DNA from: an uncultured Holophagales bacterium
GTDB lineage: Bacteria > Acidobacteriota > Thermoanaerobaculia > Multivoradales > UBA5704
Assembly: GCA_963842525.1 (NCBI GenBank)
Contig: CAWJGT010000003.1
Span: 1,568,001 to 1,632,000, forward strand
DNA length: 64,000 bases
Direction of reading: 5' to 3'
The number at the start of each line of letters is the position of its first letter. The stretch's first letter is position 1. Positions 23,523 to 34,830 of this stretch are shown piece after piece. The position numbers were made by a program, and so were the translations under genes. Below the pieces are notes generated by a model. It saw nothing but the letters and a program-made list of their open reading frames with translations. It was not told the origin of the DNA and did not search any database.

Positions 23523-24226
23523 CTCTTCCTCCTCCTCACCCTCTTCCTCACCCTCGCCGCCCCCGCCCTGGCCTGGGAGGTGAGTCGGGACGCTCCCGAG
23601 CCGGCTTTCCGCGATTTCCACCGCCGCTTCAGCGCAGCGGCCTACAACTATCCGCGGCATGGCGCGGCGCCGCTCGGCTTGATAGGCTTCGAGGTCTACG
23701 CCGACGCCGCTGTGGATCAGGATTTCGGCGATGAGCCGTTCGCCGCGACCGCCCTGGAGGGAGACCCGGTCGGCGACGTCCTCGCCTTTGCCCGTGTCGG
23801 GGCGCGCAAGGGTCTGCCCGGCGGGATCGACCTCGGCCTCTCCTATGGCCAGGCGCTGGGCGGCGACGTCAAGCTCATCTCGGGCGAGATCCAGTACGCG
23901 ATCCTGAAGGGGGGCCTGGTGAAACCGGCCCTCTCCGTGCGGGTGACCGGCACCCAGACCCTCGACGCCGGGGCCTATGACCTCGACCAGTACGGAGCCG
24001 AGTTCCTGCTGAGCAAGGGCTTCACCGTGCTCACTCCCTATGTGGGCGCGGGCGTGATCCGCAGCCAGGGCCGGCTCGAATCCGCGCTGGGCGGCAGGTT
24101 CGAGGACACCCACACCCGCTCGATCATCTACGGCGGGGTGCGGATCAACCTCCTGGTCCCCAAGATCACCATCGAGGTCGAGAAGGCCGAAGTCGTCCAG
24201 GGGGCCGTGCGCGTGGGTTTCGGGCT

Positions 24227-24230
<4 letters not shown>
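23517..24230 (+). CDS. Secreted protein, probable outer-membrane beta-barrel
   Basis: Signal peptide [18 protein letters not shown], alternating beta-strand pattern, C-terminus VRVGFGL. The GTG start lies inside the repeat arm. Confidence 0.65.
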
Positions 24231-25285
<1,055 letters not shown>

Positions 25286-25319
25286 CCAGGGCCGCAGCGG
25301 GGGCTTCGTGGACGTCAGA

Positions 25320-25570
25320 GGGAGCGCGGTCCGCGCGACCGGGACCGCGAAACCGCACTGTGGCCCCGGGGTCCCTGTCACACGGACCGCCCGACGCGCC
25401 ACGCGGACCGCGGTCCCTGCCCGGGGACCTGGCTCCCTGTGTCGGGGACCACGGTCCGGCCGACAGGGAGCCCGGGGCCGCACAGTCGGACCGTGGTCCC
25501 AGTCACACGGACCGCAAGACCAGGACGGCGTTTTCCAAAACCGCTGAGGGGGAGCGCGGTCCGCGCGACA
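25320..25570. repeat. Degenerate ~21-bp-period array with a GGACC core
   Basis: GGACC at 25342, 25384, 25405, 25425, 25446, 25488 and 25509, with variants at the missing positions; lies between convergent ltaE and ridA. Confidence 0.7.
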
Positions 25571-25669
25571 GGGGCCTTGGGTCCGCGCCGGGGGCTGGTG
25601 AGCCTATAGGCACCGGCAGCGCTGGATTCGACACGGCTCGCGCTCCCGGTCGCTGGACCGGCGGGTCCT

Positions 25670-26047
25670 CTAGGGCAGCTTCGCCAGCAGGTCGATCTCC
25701 ACCCGCGCCGCCTTGGGGAGGGCGGCCACCTGGACGGTGGAGCGGGCCGGACGATGGTCTCCCATGGCCTCGGCGTAGATCGCGTTGAGCTGGGGGAAAT
25801 CGGCGAGATCGGCCAGATAGACGGTGGCCTTGACCACGTCGGAGAAGCCGCAGCCGGCGCTCGCCAGGACCTGCCGGAGGTTCTCGAAGACGCGTCGGGC
25901 CTGGGCTTCGAAGCCGCCCTCGACCAGGTCGCCGGTCGCGGGATCGATGCCCACCTGGCCGGAGGTGTAGAGCCAGCCGTCGATCGAGACGGACTGGGAG
26001 TACGGCCCGATGGCCTTGGGTGCGCTGTCGGTGTGGTGGAATCGCAT
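25670..26047 (-). CDS. ridA: RidA/YjgF reactive-intermediate deaminase
   Basis: APKAIGPYSQ, YTSGQV, PARSTVQVAALPKAARVEID. Confidence 0.92.
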   Translation of the reverse strand: MRFHHTDSAPKAIGPYSQSVSIDGWLYTSGQVGIDPATGDLVEGGFEAQARRVFENLRQVLASAGCGFSDVVKATVYLADLADFPQLNAIYAEAMGDHRPARSTVQVAALPKAARVEIDLLAKLP

Positions 26048-26061
26048 GTCGTCTCCTCTTC

Positions 26062-26616
26062 TCAGGACGGGGACGGCACGTCGTCGTCCGCCTGCGTCTC
26101 CTCCTGCTCCTCGTCCAGCACGGCGATGTACGGCAGGTTGCGGTAGCGCTCGTCGAAGTCGAGCCCGTAGCCGACCACGAAGAGGTTCTCGATCGGGAAG
26201 CCGCAGTAGTCGATCTGGACCGGCACCTCGCGCGCCTCCCGCTTGTCGAGCAGGGCGCAGAGGCGGACGCTCCTGGCGCCGCGGAAGCGGAGCAGGCCGA
26301 GGATCGTGTTCAGCGTGTGGCCGGTGTCGACGATGTCCTCGATCAAGAGCACGTCCTTGCCGCGGATCGGCAGGTCCACGTCCTTGCGGATGCGGACCTC
26401 GCCGGCGGTCGTGCCGCTGCCGTAGCTCGAAGTCTGGAAGAAGTCGATCGTGACCGGCACCGTGAGCTGCTTGAGCAGGTCGACCATGAAGAACACCGAT
26501 CCCTTGAGCACGCCGATGCACAGCAGGCGGTCGCTCTCCGCATAGTCGCGGTCGATCTCCCGCGCCAGCTCGGTCACCCGGCGTTCCAGATCCTCCTTCG
26601 TCACCAGCACGCGCAT
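26062..26616 (-). CDS. hpt: Hypoxanthine phosphoribosyltransferase
   Basis: IGVLKGSVFF, PRPP motif VLLIEDIVDTGHTL, FVVGYGLD, YRNLPYI. Confidence 0.95.
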   Translation of the reverse strand: MRVLVTKEDLERRVTELAREIDRDYAESDRLLCIGVLKGSVFFMVDLLKQLTVPVTIDFFQTSSYGSGTTAGEVRIRKDVDLPIRGKDVLLIEDIVDTGHTLNTILGLLRFRGARSVRLCALLDKREAREVPVQIDYCGFPIENLFVVGYGLDFDERYRNLPYIAVLDEEQEETQADDDVPSPS

Positions 26617-26681
26617 CCGCGGTTTCCCTTTCCCCAGAGTTGGCCTACAATCATCGGGAACTTTCGAGGTCTGAACAACCT

Positions 26682-28265
26682 ATGAGCACCGTCCAGGATC
26701 TGAGCGTCCTGCATCGCCGCTACGCCGACCTCTCGCACCGCTTCCGGGCGGGGTGGACCTTCCATCAGTTCCTGCAGAGCCTCGGCAAGAGCATCCTCCA
26801 GCGCACGGAGGATAAATACTCCTCCGATTTCCAGGATTTGTACAACGCGCTGAAGGAGGTCTCCCAGAGCCTCAATGCCTCGGAGAGTGGGCGCATGCGC
26901 GGCCGGCTCGACGCGGTCGACCGCCAGCTCACCGAGATGATGGCGGCGCTCGACGAGGAGGATAACAGAGTCTCCCCCGACATGACGCGGCAGTTCTTCC
27001 GGCGGGTCAAGACCTACGACGACAAGATCCTGACCCAGCTCGTGAAGTTCTACCTGTACATCCAGCGGGGAGGTCCCTGGCCGCACGACCGCCTCGACAA
27101 GGTCGACTTCCTCCTCGCCCGGATGAGCGAGCAGGAGGACGAGCGCACCGGCGAGGTGGTCCTCTGCGACGCACCCCGCCTCGGAGAGATCTTCCAGGGC
27201 TTCTGGGCCCTGCTCGGCGCCGAGCCCGCGGACCCCGGGGTGGTGGCCGAAAAGCGGGCCGCCATCGACGCCTTGCGCGCCGAAGTCATCAAGATCGACG
27301 GCCTCGAACGGCTCAACGAGAGCGCCCTGTTGCGCCGCTTCCGCGACCTCAAGCACGACCTCGGAGCCCTCTTCTTCGAGCCCGACCTGCTGCTGGCCAT
27401 CCAGGAGACCAACCTCGCGCTCAAGAGCCGTATCCAGAAGCTCTACCACCAGGAGGAGCGGCGGATCGTCGCCGAATACCAGCGGGTCTTCGAGCTGGAG
27501 CGCGAGGTCCCGGTCGACCGCGAGCTCGACCAGGAGCTGACGGACTTCCGCAAGGACATCGAACGCTTCGAGAAGAAGCTCCAGAGCCAGGAGTTCAAGC
27601 TGGAGGACATCGCCCAGATCCGGCAGCGGGTACGCATGCTCCTGCCGCGCCTGAGTGCCGGCCGGCAGGCCACGCAGGGCTTCGAGGGCACCCGCTCCGG
27701 GACGCTGACGACCGGGGAGCACATCCTGAACGCCTCCGCGAAGGCCACGGAGTCGCCTCTCGAGACGCACGAGGAGCTGATTGGCGAGCCCTACCGCCGG
27801 GTCGTGGAAGCCCTGCGCGAGGTCAATCCGGAGATGGCTCCCGAGCGGGCGGTGCTGATCCCCGAGATCTTCCCCCTGCGGCTCGAGCCCCGCGAGGTTC
27901 TGGCCTACCAGCGCCTTTTCGGCCGCAAGCCGTGCGACCGCGAGCTGGAGCAGTTCCTGCTGCAGGCCGCGGCGTTGCGGGTGCGCGTCAACGACGAGGC
28001 GCAGGAGGTCACCAGCATCCTGGACGAGACCTCCATCACCGGCGATTCCCCGGTGTATGGCCGGGCGCGGCTCACCACCCGGCTCGCCGACGATTACCTC
28101 TGGCGCTTCAGCCACATCCTGAGCCAGGCCCTCCTTGCACCCGACGCCAACGAGAGCCGCCAGCTCGAGGTGCTGCGGATGCGCCTGATGCGCGACTACT
28201 CCGGGCTGTGGCTGCTGGTCTACAAGCCCTTCTTCACCCGCCGGCCCAGCGGCACCATGGCCTGA
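26682..28265 (+). CDS. Hypothetical all-alpha/coiled-coil protein
   Basis: Long ORF with strong GC3 bias, E/R/L-rich and helical; no motif recognised. Confidence 0.8.
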   Translation: MSTVQDLSVLHRRYADLSHRFRAGWTFHQFLQSLGKSILQRTEDKYSSDFQDLYNALKEVSQSLNASESGRMRGRLDAVDRQLTEMMAALDEEDNRVSPDMTRQFFRRVKTYDDKILTQLVKFYLYIQRGGPWPHDRLDKVDFLLARMSEQEDERTGEVVLCDAPRLGEIFQGFWALLGAEPADPGVVAEKRAAIDALRAEVIKIDGLERLNESALLRRFRDLKHDLGALFFEPDLLLAIQETNLALKSRIQKLYHQEERRIVAEYQRVFELEREVPVDRELDQELTDFRKDIERFEKKLQSQEFKLEDIAQIRQRVRMLLPRLSAGRQATQGFEGTRSGTLTTGEHILNASAKATESPLETHEELIGEPYRRVVEALREVNPEMAPERAVLIPEIFPLRLEPREVLAYQRLFGRKPCDRELEQFLLQAAALRVRVNDEAQEVTSILDETSITGDSPVYGRARLTTRLADDYLWRFSHILSQALLAPDANESRQLEVLRMRLMRDYSGLWLLVYKPFFTRRPSGTMA

Positions 28266-28273
28266 GCGGCGCG

Positions 28274-29380
28274 TTGAGCCTCGAGGTCCTGGACGCCGAG
28301 CGCGACCCTCAGGCCCTCCTCTGGTTCCTGGCGCTCCCGGAGGCGGTCTATCGCGGCGATCCCTGGTCCAACCCGACCCCCCGGAGCGACGTCCTGACCA
28401 GCCTGCGCCGTCCGGAATTCGCCGGCTCCCGGCGGGTCTGGGTGGCGGTCGAGGGAGAGAGGCCCCTCGCGCGGCTGGTTGCGCTGCGGTCGCCCGCGCT
28501 CAAGGACGAGGCCGGTCTGCCGTACGGCATGATCGGCTTCTTCGAGGCGGTGGACGGCCCGGACGGCAGGGAGGCGACAAGCCGCCTCTTCCGCCAGGCG
28601 GTCGGCTGGCTGCGCGAGACCGGTGCCGGCGAGATCCTGGGCCCGATGGACGGCGACACCTGGCACAGGTACCGGCTCAACGCCGGCCCATTCGACGGGC
28701 CGCCCTTTCTGCTGGAGCCCTGGAACCCGCCGTACTACGAATCGCTCTGGGAAGCCGCCGGGTTCCGGGTGCTGGAGAGCTATTTCTCCACCCGGGTCGA
28801 CGCCGCGGCCGTGGTCGCCGCGCTGGAGCCGAAGCATCGGGCGGCCCTGGCGGCCGGCTACAGGCTGCGGCGGCTGGACATGGGCCGCTTCGAGGACGAG
28901 CTCCGGCGCCTGTATCGCCTGTCGACGGTGATCTTCGCGGGTAATTTCCTCTATACGGAGATCCCCGAGCGGGAGTTCCTCGCCCTCTACGCCGGATCGC
29001 GGCCGATCCTCGATCCGGACCTCGTCTGGTTCGCGAGCACGGCCCAGGGAGAGGATGTCGGGTTCCTCTTCGCCTATCCGGACCGTTTCCGCGCCGTGGC
29101 GGCGATGCGCGGCCGGCGCCATCTCCTCGCCAGGCTCCGGTTCCTCCTGCACCGCGATGAGGTGGACGCGGTCGATTTCAAGACCCTGGGCGTGCTGCCT
29201 GGGCACCGCCGGGCCGGCCTCGCCGCCGCCCTGATGTACCAGGGGCATCGCGTCGCGCTGGAGAAGGGCTACCGGACCGCCAACCACTGCCTGTTCCGCG
29301 AAGGCAACCCCTCCGGCGAGATGGACGGCGGCGCGGGGCGCCTGCTGCGGCGGTATCACCTGTACCGGTACGAAGGATGA
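28274..29380 (+). CDS. GNAT-like (YghO-type) N-acyltransferase
   Basis: GMIGFFEA, ILGPMDGDTWHRYR, EPWNPPYY, acyl-CoA-binding motif KTLGVLPGHRRAGLA. The TTG start is inferred. Confidence 0.75.
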   Translation: MSLEVLDAERDPQALLWFLALPEAVYRGDPWSNPTPRSDVLTSLRRPEFAGSRRVWVAVEGERPLARLVALRSPALKDEAGLPYGMIGFFEAVDGPDGREATSRLFRQAVGWLRETGAGEILGPMDGDTWHRYRLNAGPFDGPPFLLEPWNPPYYESLWEAAGFRVLESYFSTRVDAAAVVAALEPKHRAALAAGYRLRRLDMGRFEDELRRLYRLSTVIFAGNFLYTEIPEREFLALYAGSRPILDPDLVWFASTAQGEDVGFLFAYPDRFRAVAAMRGRRHLLARLRFLLHRDEVDAVDFKTLGVLPGHRRAGLAAALMYQGHRVALEKGYRTANHCLFREGNPSGEMDGGAGRLLRRYHLYRYEG

Positions 29381-29381
29381 G

Positions 29382-31109
29382 ATGAGCCCCTCACCCCCTG
29401 ACCCCCTCTCCCATCCGCACTCCCTTCCGCCCGGGAGAGGGGGAAAACCTCTGGCTCCCCTCTCCCGGGGGCCTGGGGGGGCGGTTGGGAGAGGGGCTGG
29501 GGGTGAGGGGTCCCCTGCCCACAACGTGCTGTCCGTGCTCCAGGAGGTGGCCGGCCGCGTGCCGGACCGCCCGGCCCTGGTGATGCAGGACGGCAGCATC
29601 ACCTTCGCCGGACTCTGGGCGCGGATCGACCGCGTCTCGGCGGGGCTGCGGCAGCGGGGCCTCACGCCGGGCGACCGGGCGGTCGTCATGATCCCCATGT
29701 CGATCGACCTGTATGTGGCCCTGCTGGCGGTCCTGGAGATCGGGGCCGTCGCGGTCTTCGTCGACCCCTGGATCGGCCGCCGCCAGATCGCTGCCTTCGC
29801 GGCCTTCGCGGAGCCGCGCGCCTGGCTCGGAATCCCGGCGAGCCACCTCCTGCGTGTCCTCGCGCCAGGGCTGCGGAGGATCCCGTTGACCGTCACGACC
29901 GGGAGACGGCTCGGCAGCCTGCCGGCCCGGCACACCCTGGCCGAGCTGGAGGAGGAGCACGGCGACGGCCGCGTCGAGGCGGTCGAGCCGGACGACTCCG
30001 CCCTGATCACCTTCACCAGCGGCTCCAGCGGCGAGCCCAAGGGGGCCGACCGCACGCATCGCTTTCTCCTGGCGCAGCACCGCGCCCTGGCCGCCGAGTT
30101 TCCGGCCCGGGAGGGCGACGTGGACATGCCCATGTTCCCGGTCTTCGCCCTCAACAACCTGGCGAGCGGCGTGACCTCGGTCGTGCCTGCCATGGACTTC
30201 CGCCGCGTCGAAAAGGTCGACGCCGCGCGGGTCCTGCGCCAGATGCGGGCGCACCGGGTGACCACCTGCACGGCCTCGCCGCCGTTCTTCGACCGGATCG
30301 CCGAGCGGCTCGCCGCACGCCCTGGGGAGGCCCCACCCCTGCGCCGGCTGCTCACCGGGGGAGCGCCCGTGTCCGACGCGCAGCTCGCGGCCTGGCGCCG
30401 CGTCCTGCCCGCGCCCGAGCTTCTGGTCGTCTACGGCTCGACCGAGGCCGAGCCGGTGGCCCACGTCACGGCCGAGGAGCGGAAGGAGGCCCGCAGCGAC
30501 ATCCGTCCGGCAAGCCCGGGCTTCTGCGTCGGCCGCCCGAGCGACCGGGTGCGCACCAGGGTGATCCACATCCACGACGGCCCCGTCGAGCTGGGGGAGA
30601 GAGGATGGGACGCCTGGGAGCTGCCCGCCGGCAAGATCGGCGAGCTGGCCGTCTCCGGCGATCACGTCTGCCGGAGCTACTACCGGAACCCCGGGGCGGT
30701 GCGGGAGAACAAGATCGCCGGGCCGGGCGGCACGGTCTGGCACCGCATGGGGGACACCGGCTATTTCGACAGCCAGGGGAGGTTCTGGCTGGCCGGTCGC
30801 GTCCATTCGACGATCCGGCGCGGCGGCCGGCCGGTCCACCCGCAGCTCGTCGAGCAGGCCGCCCGGGGAGACGACCGCCGCATCCGCCGCGTGGCCGCCG
30901 TGGGCGTGCCCGATCCCGGGAAGGGAGAGAAGGTCGTCGTGGTCGTCGAGACGGACGCGGGAGCCGGGCTGCGGCAGGACGTCGAGAGCCGGCTGACGGC
31001 AGCGGGGCAGCCGTTCGACGAAATTCGCGTGACCGCCGATCCCCTGCCCGTCGATCCACGCCACAACAGCAAGATTGACTATCGGAGGCTGCGGGAACGG
31101 TTGGTGTAG
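29382..31109 (+). CDS. OleC-like AMP-dependent acyl-activating enzyme
   Basis: ITFTSGSSGEPKG, YGSTEAEP, WHRMGDTGYFD, and C-terminal PVDPRHNSKID typical of the OleC clade. Confidence 0.85.
   Translation: MSPSPPDPLSHPHSLPPGRGGKPLAPLSRGPGGAVGRGAGGEGSPAHNVLSVLQEVAGRVPDRPALVMQDGSITFAGLWARIDRVSAGLRQRGLTPGDRAVVMIPMSIDLYVALLAVLEIGAVAVFVDPWIGRRQIAAFAAFAEPRAWLGIPASHLLRVLAPGLRRIPLTVTTGRRLGSLPARHTLAELEEEHGDGRVEAVEPDDSALITFTSGSSGEPKGADRTHRFLLAQHRALAAEFPAREGDVDMPMFPVFALNNLASGVTSVVPAMDFRRVEKVDAARVLRQMRAHRVTTCTASPPFFDRIAERLAARPGEAPPLRRLLTGGAPVSDAQLAAWRRVLPAPELLVVYGSTEAEPVAHVTAEERKEARSDIRPASPGFCVGRPSDRVRTRVIHIHDGPVELGERGWDAWELPAGKIGELAVSGDHVCRSYYRNPGAVRENKIAGPGGTVWHRMGDTGYFDSQGRFWLAGRVHSTIRRGGRPVHPQLVEQAARGDDRRIRRVAAVGVPDPGKGEKVVVVVETDAGAGLRQDVESRLTAAGQPFDEIRVTADPLPVDPRHNSKIDYRRLRERLV
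29388..29510. repeat. Palindromic element, in frame within the 5' end of the AMP-ligase ORF
   Basis: CCCTCACCCCCTGACCCCCTCTCCC...GGGAGAGGGGCTGGGGGTGAGGGG, 123 bp, translated as PSPPDPLSHP...GRGAGGEG. Confidence 0.88.
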
Positions 31110-31112
31110 GAG

Positions 31113-31282
31113 CCCTCTCCCCCTACCCCCTCTCCCGTGCGTCCCCCTCCCCCCACCCCGAACGGGAGAGGGGGAATGCTGTGGCAGCCGCAGAAGAAAA
31201 GCATTTGGTTGGGGTGGGGGCGCCCTTCTCCCGCTCGGGGTGGGGGGTGGTGGACGCGCGGGGGAGGGGTCGGGGGAGGGGC
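31113..31282. repeat. Diverged two-arm palindromic element, intergenic
   Basis: CCCCCTCTCCCG...CGGGAGAGGGGG hairpin with an imperfect inverted partner. Confidence 0.75.
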
Positions 31283-31292
31283 CGATCCTGCT

Positions 31293-33881
31293 ATGCTTGC
31301 CCCAGCGATGAAATCCATCCTGACCTGCGAGTCGGGCGTGCTGTCGAGGCACCGCCGGTGTGGTGGTCTCCGCCTGCGCCGGCTCCTTGCTTCCTGGTGC
31401 TCGGCCGCCGTCCTGAGCTGCACGGTTGCCTGCGGCGGCCCGGCGGGCAAGGACGCTCTCGGCGGCGGCCCTGTCCTGCACCTCGCCGATCACCTCACGG
31501 AGGCCACGATTGAGAGCGGAGCGTCGCCGGCCGCGGCGCGGCGGGAGCGCGTCTGGGACCTCGCCGTATCGCGGCCCGAGTGGCGGACGGTCTCCGCGGC
31601 CGACGTGCCGCGCCTCGCCGTGGTGGCGCTCGAGCCGGTGGCGGACGGTGTGCGCATGGCTCTCTCGCGGCCGCCGCGCTCCACGAGCCCGATGCTCCTC
31701 GGCGGCATCGCGGTCGACCTCGACAACCTCCGCTTCGACGACTGGGACACCGTCCTGGTGCGAGCCCGTTCGCACGACCGGCTCGGCGGCATCACGGTCT
31801 CCTACAACCTCGACGAGCCGGGCGCGGTGCCCGGCGAGGCCCTGTTCTTCCATGGCGGGCCCTCGGTGCCGCCGGTGTTCTCCGACGGCTCCGTCCAGAT
31901 CTACGCCATCCCGCTGCAACCGCGGCGGGGGCCGCCGCGGCCCGAGACGCTCCGCAGCCTGGGTGTCTTTGCGGCGGCGCCGGCGGAGGTCCATCTGGAC
32001 CTCCTTTCGATCGCGCTCGTGCCGCGCGGCGCGGCCTTCGTCGACCGCTACGGCTCGCGGCCGGTGACGCGCGGGGGCATCACCCGCCAGACCCTCTTCG
32101 CGCACACGCCGGCCAGCCTCACCGTGCGGGTGGCCGCTCCCGACGGAGCACGCCTGGGCTTCGGCCTCTCGGTGGTGCCCGGGGAGACGGTGACGTACCG
32201 GGTCACCGCACAGGCAGGCGGCGGGGAGCGCAAGGCCCTGCTCGCGGAGACGGTCCGCGACGCGGGCGTCTGGGGACAGCGCTCGGTCGACCTCTCCGCG
32301 TGGGGCGGCTCGACCGTCGAGCTGACGCTGGAGGCGGCGAGCGAACGGCCGGGCGCCGTGGCCCTCTGGGGCGCGCCGATCGTCTCCGGGACGGATCGCC
32401 GGCAGAGGGAACAGCGGCCGAACGTCATCTTCTACGTCATCGACGGCGGCGGCGCCGACCTGATGAGCGTCTATGGCTACAACCGCCGCACGACGCCGTT
32501 CCTCGAGCAGCTTGCCGCGGAGGGCGTGGTCTTCGAACGCGCCTACTCCAACTCGACCTGGACCCAGCCCTCCACCGCGTCCTTCATGACCTCCCTCCAC
32601 CACAGCGTGCTCGGCGGCCTGCGGCGCGGCGTGCACTCGACGCCCGTCCCGGTCAAGGCCACGACGATGGCCGAGCACCTGCGGCGCGTGGGATATCAGA
32701 CCGCGGTCTTCACCTCCAACCCCAACTCCGGGCGTGTGATCGGCCTCGAGCGCGGCGTCGACTGGATGGAGGACGAGGAGACCAGGGACCTCTCGACCTC
32801 CTCGGACGAGCTGCACGAGCGGTTCTGGCGATTCCGCGAGCGCTCTCCGGCCGAGCCGTACTGGGTCCATTTCCAGACCACCGACGTGCACGAGCCGAAC
32901 GAGCCGGTGCAGCCCTTCGCCGGCCTCTTCGTCCCACCGGAGGGCCGGCACCAGCTCCACGCCTGGAACAGGCTCCTCTGGCAGGCCGGGGTCTCGGCGC
33001 GCGGCACGACCAGCATCGCCGGGTTCTACGACCTCGCCCTGGACCGTGCCGGGATCGATCGCGAGGCCTATTTCGGCCTGCGCCGCGGCCTCTATGACGA
33101 GACCATGGCGTATCAGGACGACCAGCTCCGGCGGCTGGTCGAGCGCCTCAAGCTGCAAGGTGAATGGGAGAACACGCTGCTCATCATCGCCGCCGACCAC
33201 GGCCATCCGGCGGGGACCTTCGCCCGTTTCGGCCGTGGGCTCTTCGACCCGCAGCCGGAGCCCTGGCAAGGAGCGCTCTTCGACGCCTACAGCACCCGCG
33301 TGCCCTTGATCTTCGTCTGGCCCGGCCGCATCGCCGGAGACCGGCGGATCGCCGGGCCCGTGTCGATGATCGACGTGCTGCCGACCCTCCTCGATCTCCT
33401 CAGGCTGCCGCAGCCGGAGGTCCTCCAGGGACAGTCGCTCGCGCCGCTCCTGCTCGGCCGCGAGATGCAGCTCCGGCCGGTCCTCTTCGACGAGTTCCGG
33501 GTCGACGAGCACGGCGAGCTGGTCGGCAACCTGGAGATCGTCGACGGCCGCTGGGGGGCCTCCTTGGAGATCGGCCCGCACCCACAAGGGGCCGCCGCCA
33601 CGAAAGGCCGCCACGAGGTGCCCGCGGGCGGACGCTGGGGCGCAAGTCATCCATTCTTCCCCGACGCGCCCCGGCTGCTGCTCTACGACGTCTGGGCGGA
33701 CCCCTTCGCCCTGCATGCCGTCAACGACCAGCATCCCGACCTCGTGGAGAAGTACCGGCGGGTGCTGGTGAATCAATGGAAGGCCCACCTGGCCCTGGCC
33801 CAGAGGTTCCAGGAGGCGGGAGAGGTGGCGCTCACCCCCGAGCAGCTCCAGCAGCTCCGGGCTCTGGGATACATTCGGTAG
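31293..33881 (+). CDS. Sulfatase-fold (alkaline phosphatase superfamily) hydrolase/transferase with a long N-terminal region
   Basis: RPNVIFYVID, TTPFLEQLA, AYSNSTWTQPSTAS, IAADHG, VPLIFVWP, SMIDVLPT, and C-terminal LRALGY. Start codon uncertain (31293 or 31308). Confidence 0.85.
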   Translation: MLAPAMKSILTCESGVLSRHRRCGGLRLRRLLASWCSAAVLSCTVACGGPAGKDALGGGPVLHLADHLTEATIESGASPAAARRERVWDLAVSRPEWRTVSAADVPRLAVVALEPVADGVRMALSRPPRSTSPMLLGGIAVDLDNLRFDDWDTVLVRARSHDRLGGITVSYNLDEPGAVPGEALFFHGGPSVPPVFSDGSVQIYAIPLQPRRGPPRPETLRSLGVFAAAPAEVHLDLLSIALVPRGAAFVDRYGSRPVTRGGITRQTLFAHTPASLTVRVAAPDGARLGFGLSVVPGETVTYRVTAQAGGGERKALLAETVRDAGVWGQRSVDLSAWGGSTVELTLEAASERPGAVALWGAPIVSGTDRRQREQRPNVIFYVIDGGGADLMSVYGYNRRTTPFLEQLAAEGVVFERAYSNSTWTQPSTASFMTSLHHSVLGGLRRGVHSTPVPVKATTMAEHLRRVGYQTAVFTSNPNSGRVIGLERGVDWMEDEETRDLSTSSDELHERFWRFRERSPAEPYWVHFQTTDVHEPNEPVQPFAGLFVPPEGRHQLHAWNRLLWQAGVSARGTTSIAGFYDLALDRAGIDREAYFGLRRGLYDETMAYQDDQLRRLVERLKLQGEWENTLLIIAADHGHPAGTFARFGRGLFDPQPEPWQGALFDAYSTRVPLIFVWPGRIAGDRRIAGPVSMIDVLPTLLDLLRLPQPEVLQGQSLAPLLLGREMQLRPVLFDEFRVDEHGELVGNLEIVDGRWGASLEIGPHPQGAAATKGRHEVPAGGRWGASHPFFPDAPRLLLYDVWADPFALHAVNDQHPDLVEKYRRVLVNQWKAHLALAQRFQEAGEVALTPEQLQQLRALGYIR

Positions 33882-33882
33882 C

Positions 33883-34830
33883 ATGGAATCCGTCCTGACC
33901 CGCGAAGCGCCCTTCCTCCGGCGCCTCTCCGCCTACCTCGCCGAGCGGTTCCCGCTCCTCGGGCATGGGATCCTGATCGCCGCCTACTACTCGTCAAACC
34001 AGTTCCTGGCCCGGGTTCTCACCGAGCCAGGGCGGCCGATGCACTACGACCTCTCGTCCCTCTTCGGCGCGTTGACGCTGTTTCTTTTCTTCTTCCACCT
34101 CCGGGTCTTCGACGAGCACAAGGACTATGCGGAGGACCTGGTCCACTACCCGCAGAGGGTCCTGCAGAGCGGCGTCGTCACCCTGCGCGACCTCAAGGTC
34201 CTGGGCGGGATCGCCATCGCGGCAGAGATCGTCCTGTCGGCGATCCGCGGCCCCGCCGCCCTGGTCGCCTGGCTCGCCGCCTTTCTCTTCTCGCTCCTGA
34301 TGCTCAAGGAGTTTTTTGCCCGCGAGTGGCTCAAGCGGCACTTCCTGGTCTATGCCACCAGCCACCTGCTGGTGATGCCGTTGCTCTCCCTGATGGTCTT
34401 CAGCTTCGCGACCGGCCGCTGGCCGTGGGAGGCGCCCCCCTGGTACTGGATGTATGCCTGGGTGGGCTTCTTCGTGACCTTCAACTGGGAGGTCTCGCGC
34501 AAGATCCGCGCACCCGAGGACGAGATCGAAGGAGTGGACAGCTACACCCGCATCTTCGGCACCTACGGGGCGGCCTACGTGGTGCTGCTCATCCGCGTGA
34601 TCGACACCGCGCTGGTGGCCCTGGTCGGCTGGCACCTCGGCGTGTCGGTCTGGTTCTACGCCGCGCTCGTGGCGCTTTTCCTGGTCTGCCTGATCGGTTT
34701 CTTCCAATATCGCTTCCAGACCAACCGCAAGACCGCGAAGCGGATGGAGACCTACGCCGGCATGTACATCATCGCCTTCGATCTGATCCTGGCCTTCGAG
34801 ATCGCCAGGCTCTACGGGATGGAGCTGTGA
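33883..34830 (+). CDS. UbiA-family prenyltransferase-like membrane protein
   Basis: Multiple TM helices; acidic motifs LRVFDEHKDYAED..YPQR and EVSRKIRAPEDE..GVDSY. Confidence 0.78.
   Translation: MESVLTREAPFLRRLSAYLAERFPLLGHGILIAAYYSSNQFLARVLTEPGRPMHYDLSSLFGALTLFLFFFHLRVFDEHKDYAEDLVHYPQRVLQSGVVTLRDLKVLGGIAIAAEIVLSAIRGPAALVAWLAAFLFSLLMLKEFFAREWLKRHFLVYATSHLLVMPLLSLMVFSFATGRWPWEAPPWYWMYAWVGFFVTFNWEVSRKIRAPEDEIEGVDSYTRIFGTYGAAYVVLLIRVIDTALVALVGWHLGVSVWFYAALVALFLVCLIGFFQYRFQTNRKTAKRMETYAGMYIIAFDLILAFEIARLYGMEL

Noticed and set aside
29382-31109. Olefin biosynthesis (oleABCD) cluster
   Set aside because: No oleA, oleB or oleD in the window.
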